Assembly: GCF_006345805.1 (NCBI RefSeq)
Contig: NC_043005.1
Location: 45,136,001 to 45,200,000, forward strand
Length of the DNA: 64,000 bases
Origin: Octopus sinensis
Lineage: Eukaryota
Direction: 5' to 3'
Numbering within the stretch: position 1 is the stretch's first letter; every line of letters starts with the position of its first letter. A model generated the notes under the pieces. That model was not told the origin of the DNA. It worked only from the letters and a program-made list of their open reading frames with translations, and made no database searches. The translations under genes were made by a program, and so were the position numbers. Shown here piece after piece: positions 63,271 through 64,000 of the stretch.

Positions 63271-64000
63271 CACTTAGTATGAAATTATTTGTATTTGAAC
63301 TGAAGACCCCTTAGCTGATATGCCAATTGCTTAACTTCATAAATGCTGAAAGACTCTGTGTTGTTTAAAACTAGTCTTACAGAATGCTTCTTGAAAACAG
63401 ACAGCATACAATCCATAGTAAAAGACCCCCGTTCAAATGAAGTTTATCCAAAAATAACCAATTATCTCCATTTCTTCTTATCACCATATCAGATATTCCA
63501 TACCCTAACACTGTTTTTAATTGAATTACAAAGAAATGAATTAAAGAATTCAACATAGCACAGCAGAAATTTTTTTTCTCCATGAAAATGTCCTTATATG
63601 GTATTGTAAATATTTACTAGGAAACTACACCTAATAATATTTTGTAAAATTAAGATTTAATAGCATTCTTGTTGCTAGCTCAGTTACTAGATGCGAGGAC
63701 AATTTGCTTTTTCTTCGTGAATTCAAATAACAGTGAAATAAGATCACAGATTCCTTTTTATTAGATCAAGAGAAAATAAAATTTAGTAAATTAGACAAAA
63801 AAATTCAAAAATTCAAAACCAATATGAATAATGGTATTGTTACTAGCTCACACTCTCTTTCTTCATTGAGCTCCTGGCTTTCTAGATTGTCAACATAAAA
63901 GCAGAAACAAAAATTAAAATCATATCATAATGAATAATTTTCTTTTTAATTGAGAATTTGATTTGTGTAAGAGTATGAGCAGAAAGAAATAGAGGAAGGT

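Noticed and set aside
62233-63277. 346-aa and 215-aa Pro/Ser/Leu- or Arg/Gly/Glu-rich ORFs
   Set aside because: Translation of the homopurine satellite

Overview
AT-rich, microsatellite-saturated metazoan DNA. The SINE families, RTE tails and (TA)n/(CA)n/(TACA)n/(CAT)n load suggest a coleoid cephalopod, probably Octopus (inference). No host protein-coding gene is recognisable with confidence, and nearly all supplied ORFs are microsatellite or repeat artefacts. A few small GT-AG exon candidates suggest the window may be intronic. Identifiable content is mostly transposon debris: Tc1/mariner fragments and MITEs, piggyBac-type MITEs, non-autonomous Helitrons, RTE LINE 3' ends, tRNA-derived SINEs, a non-coding LTR element with a perfect tRNA-Trp primer-binding site, an internally deleted Tx1/L1-type LINE, and a U6 snRNA pseudogene. 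The main find is a set of small non-coding repeats carrying type I hammerhead ribozymes, in several sequence-unrelated families. One is a 365-nt hairpin-rich unit with a 71-bp terminal direct repeat (36906-37341, retrozyme or Penelope pLTR-like). One is a 609-bp near-perfect palindrome with two back-to-back hammerheads (30212-30820). There is also a near-intact hammerhead at 19705-19778 and a decayed inverted pair at 51541-52410. The best-preserved copies share the catalytic core, a short or palindromic stem III and a 6-bp stem I with a small internal loop, although the helix sequences differ. All ribozyme folds were derived by eye and need computational and experimental confirmation.
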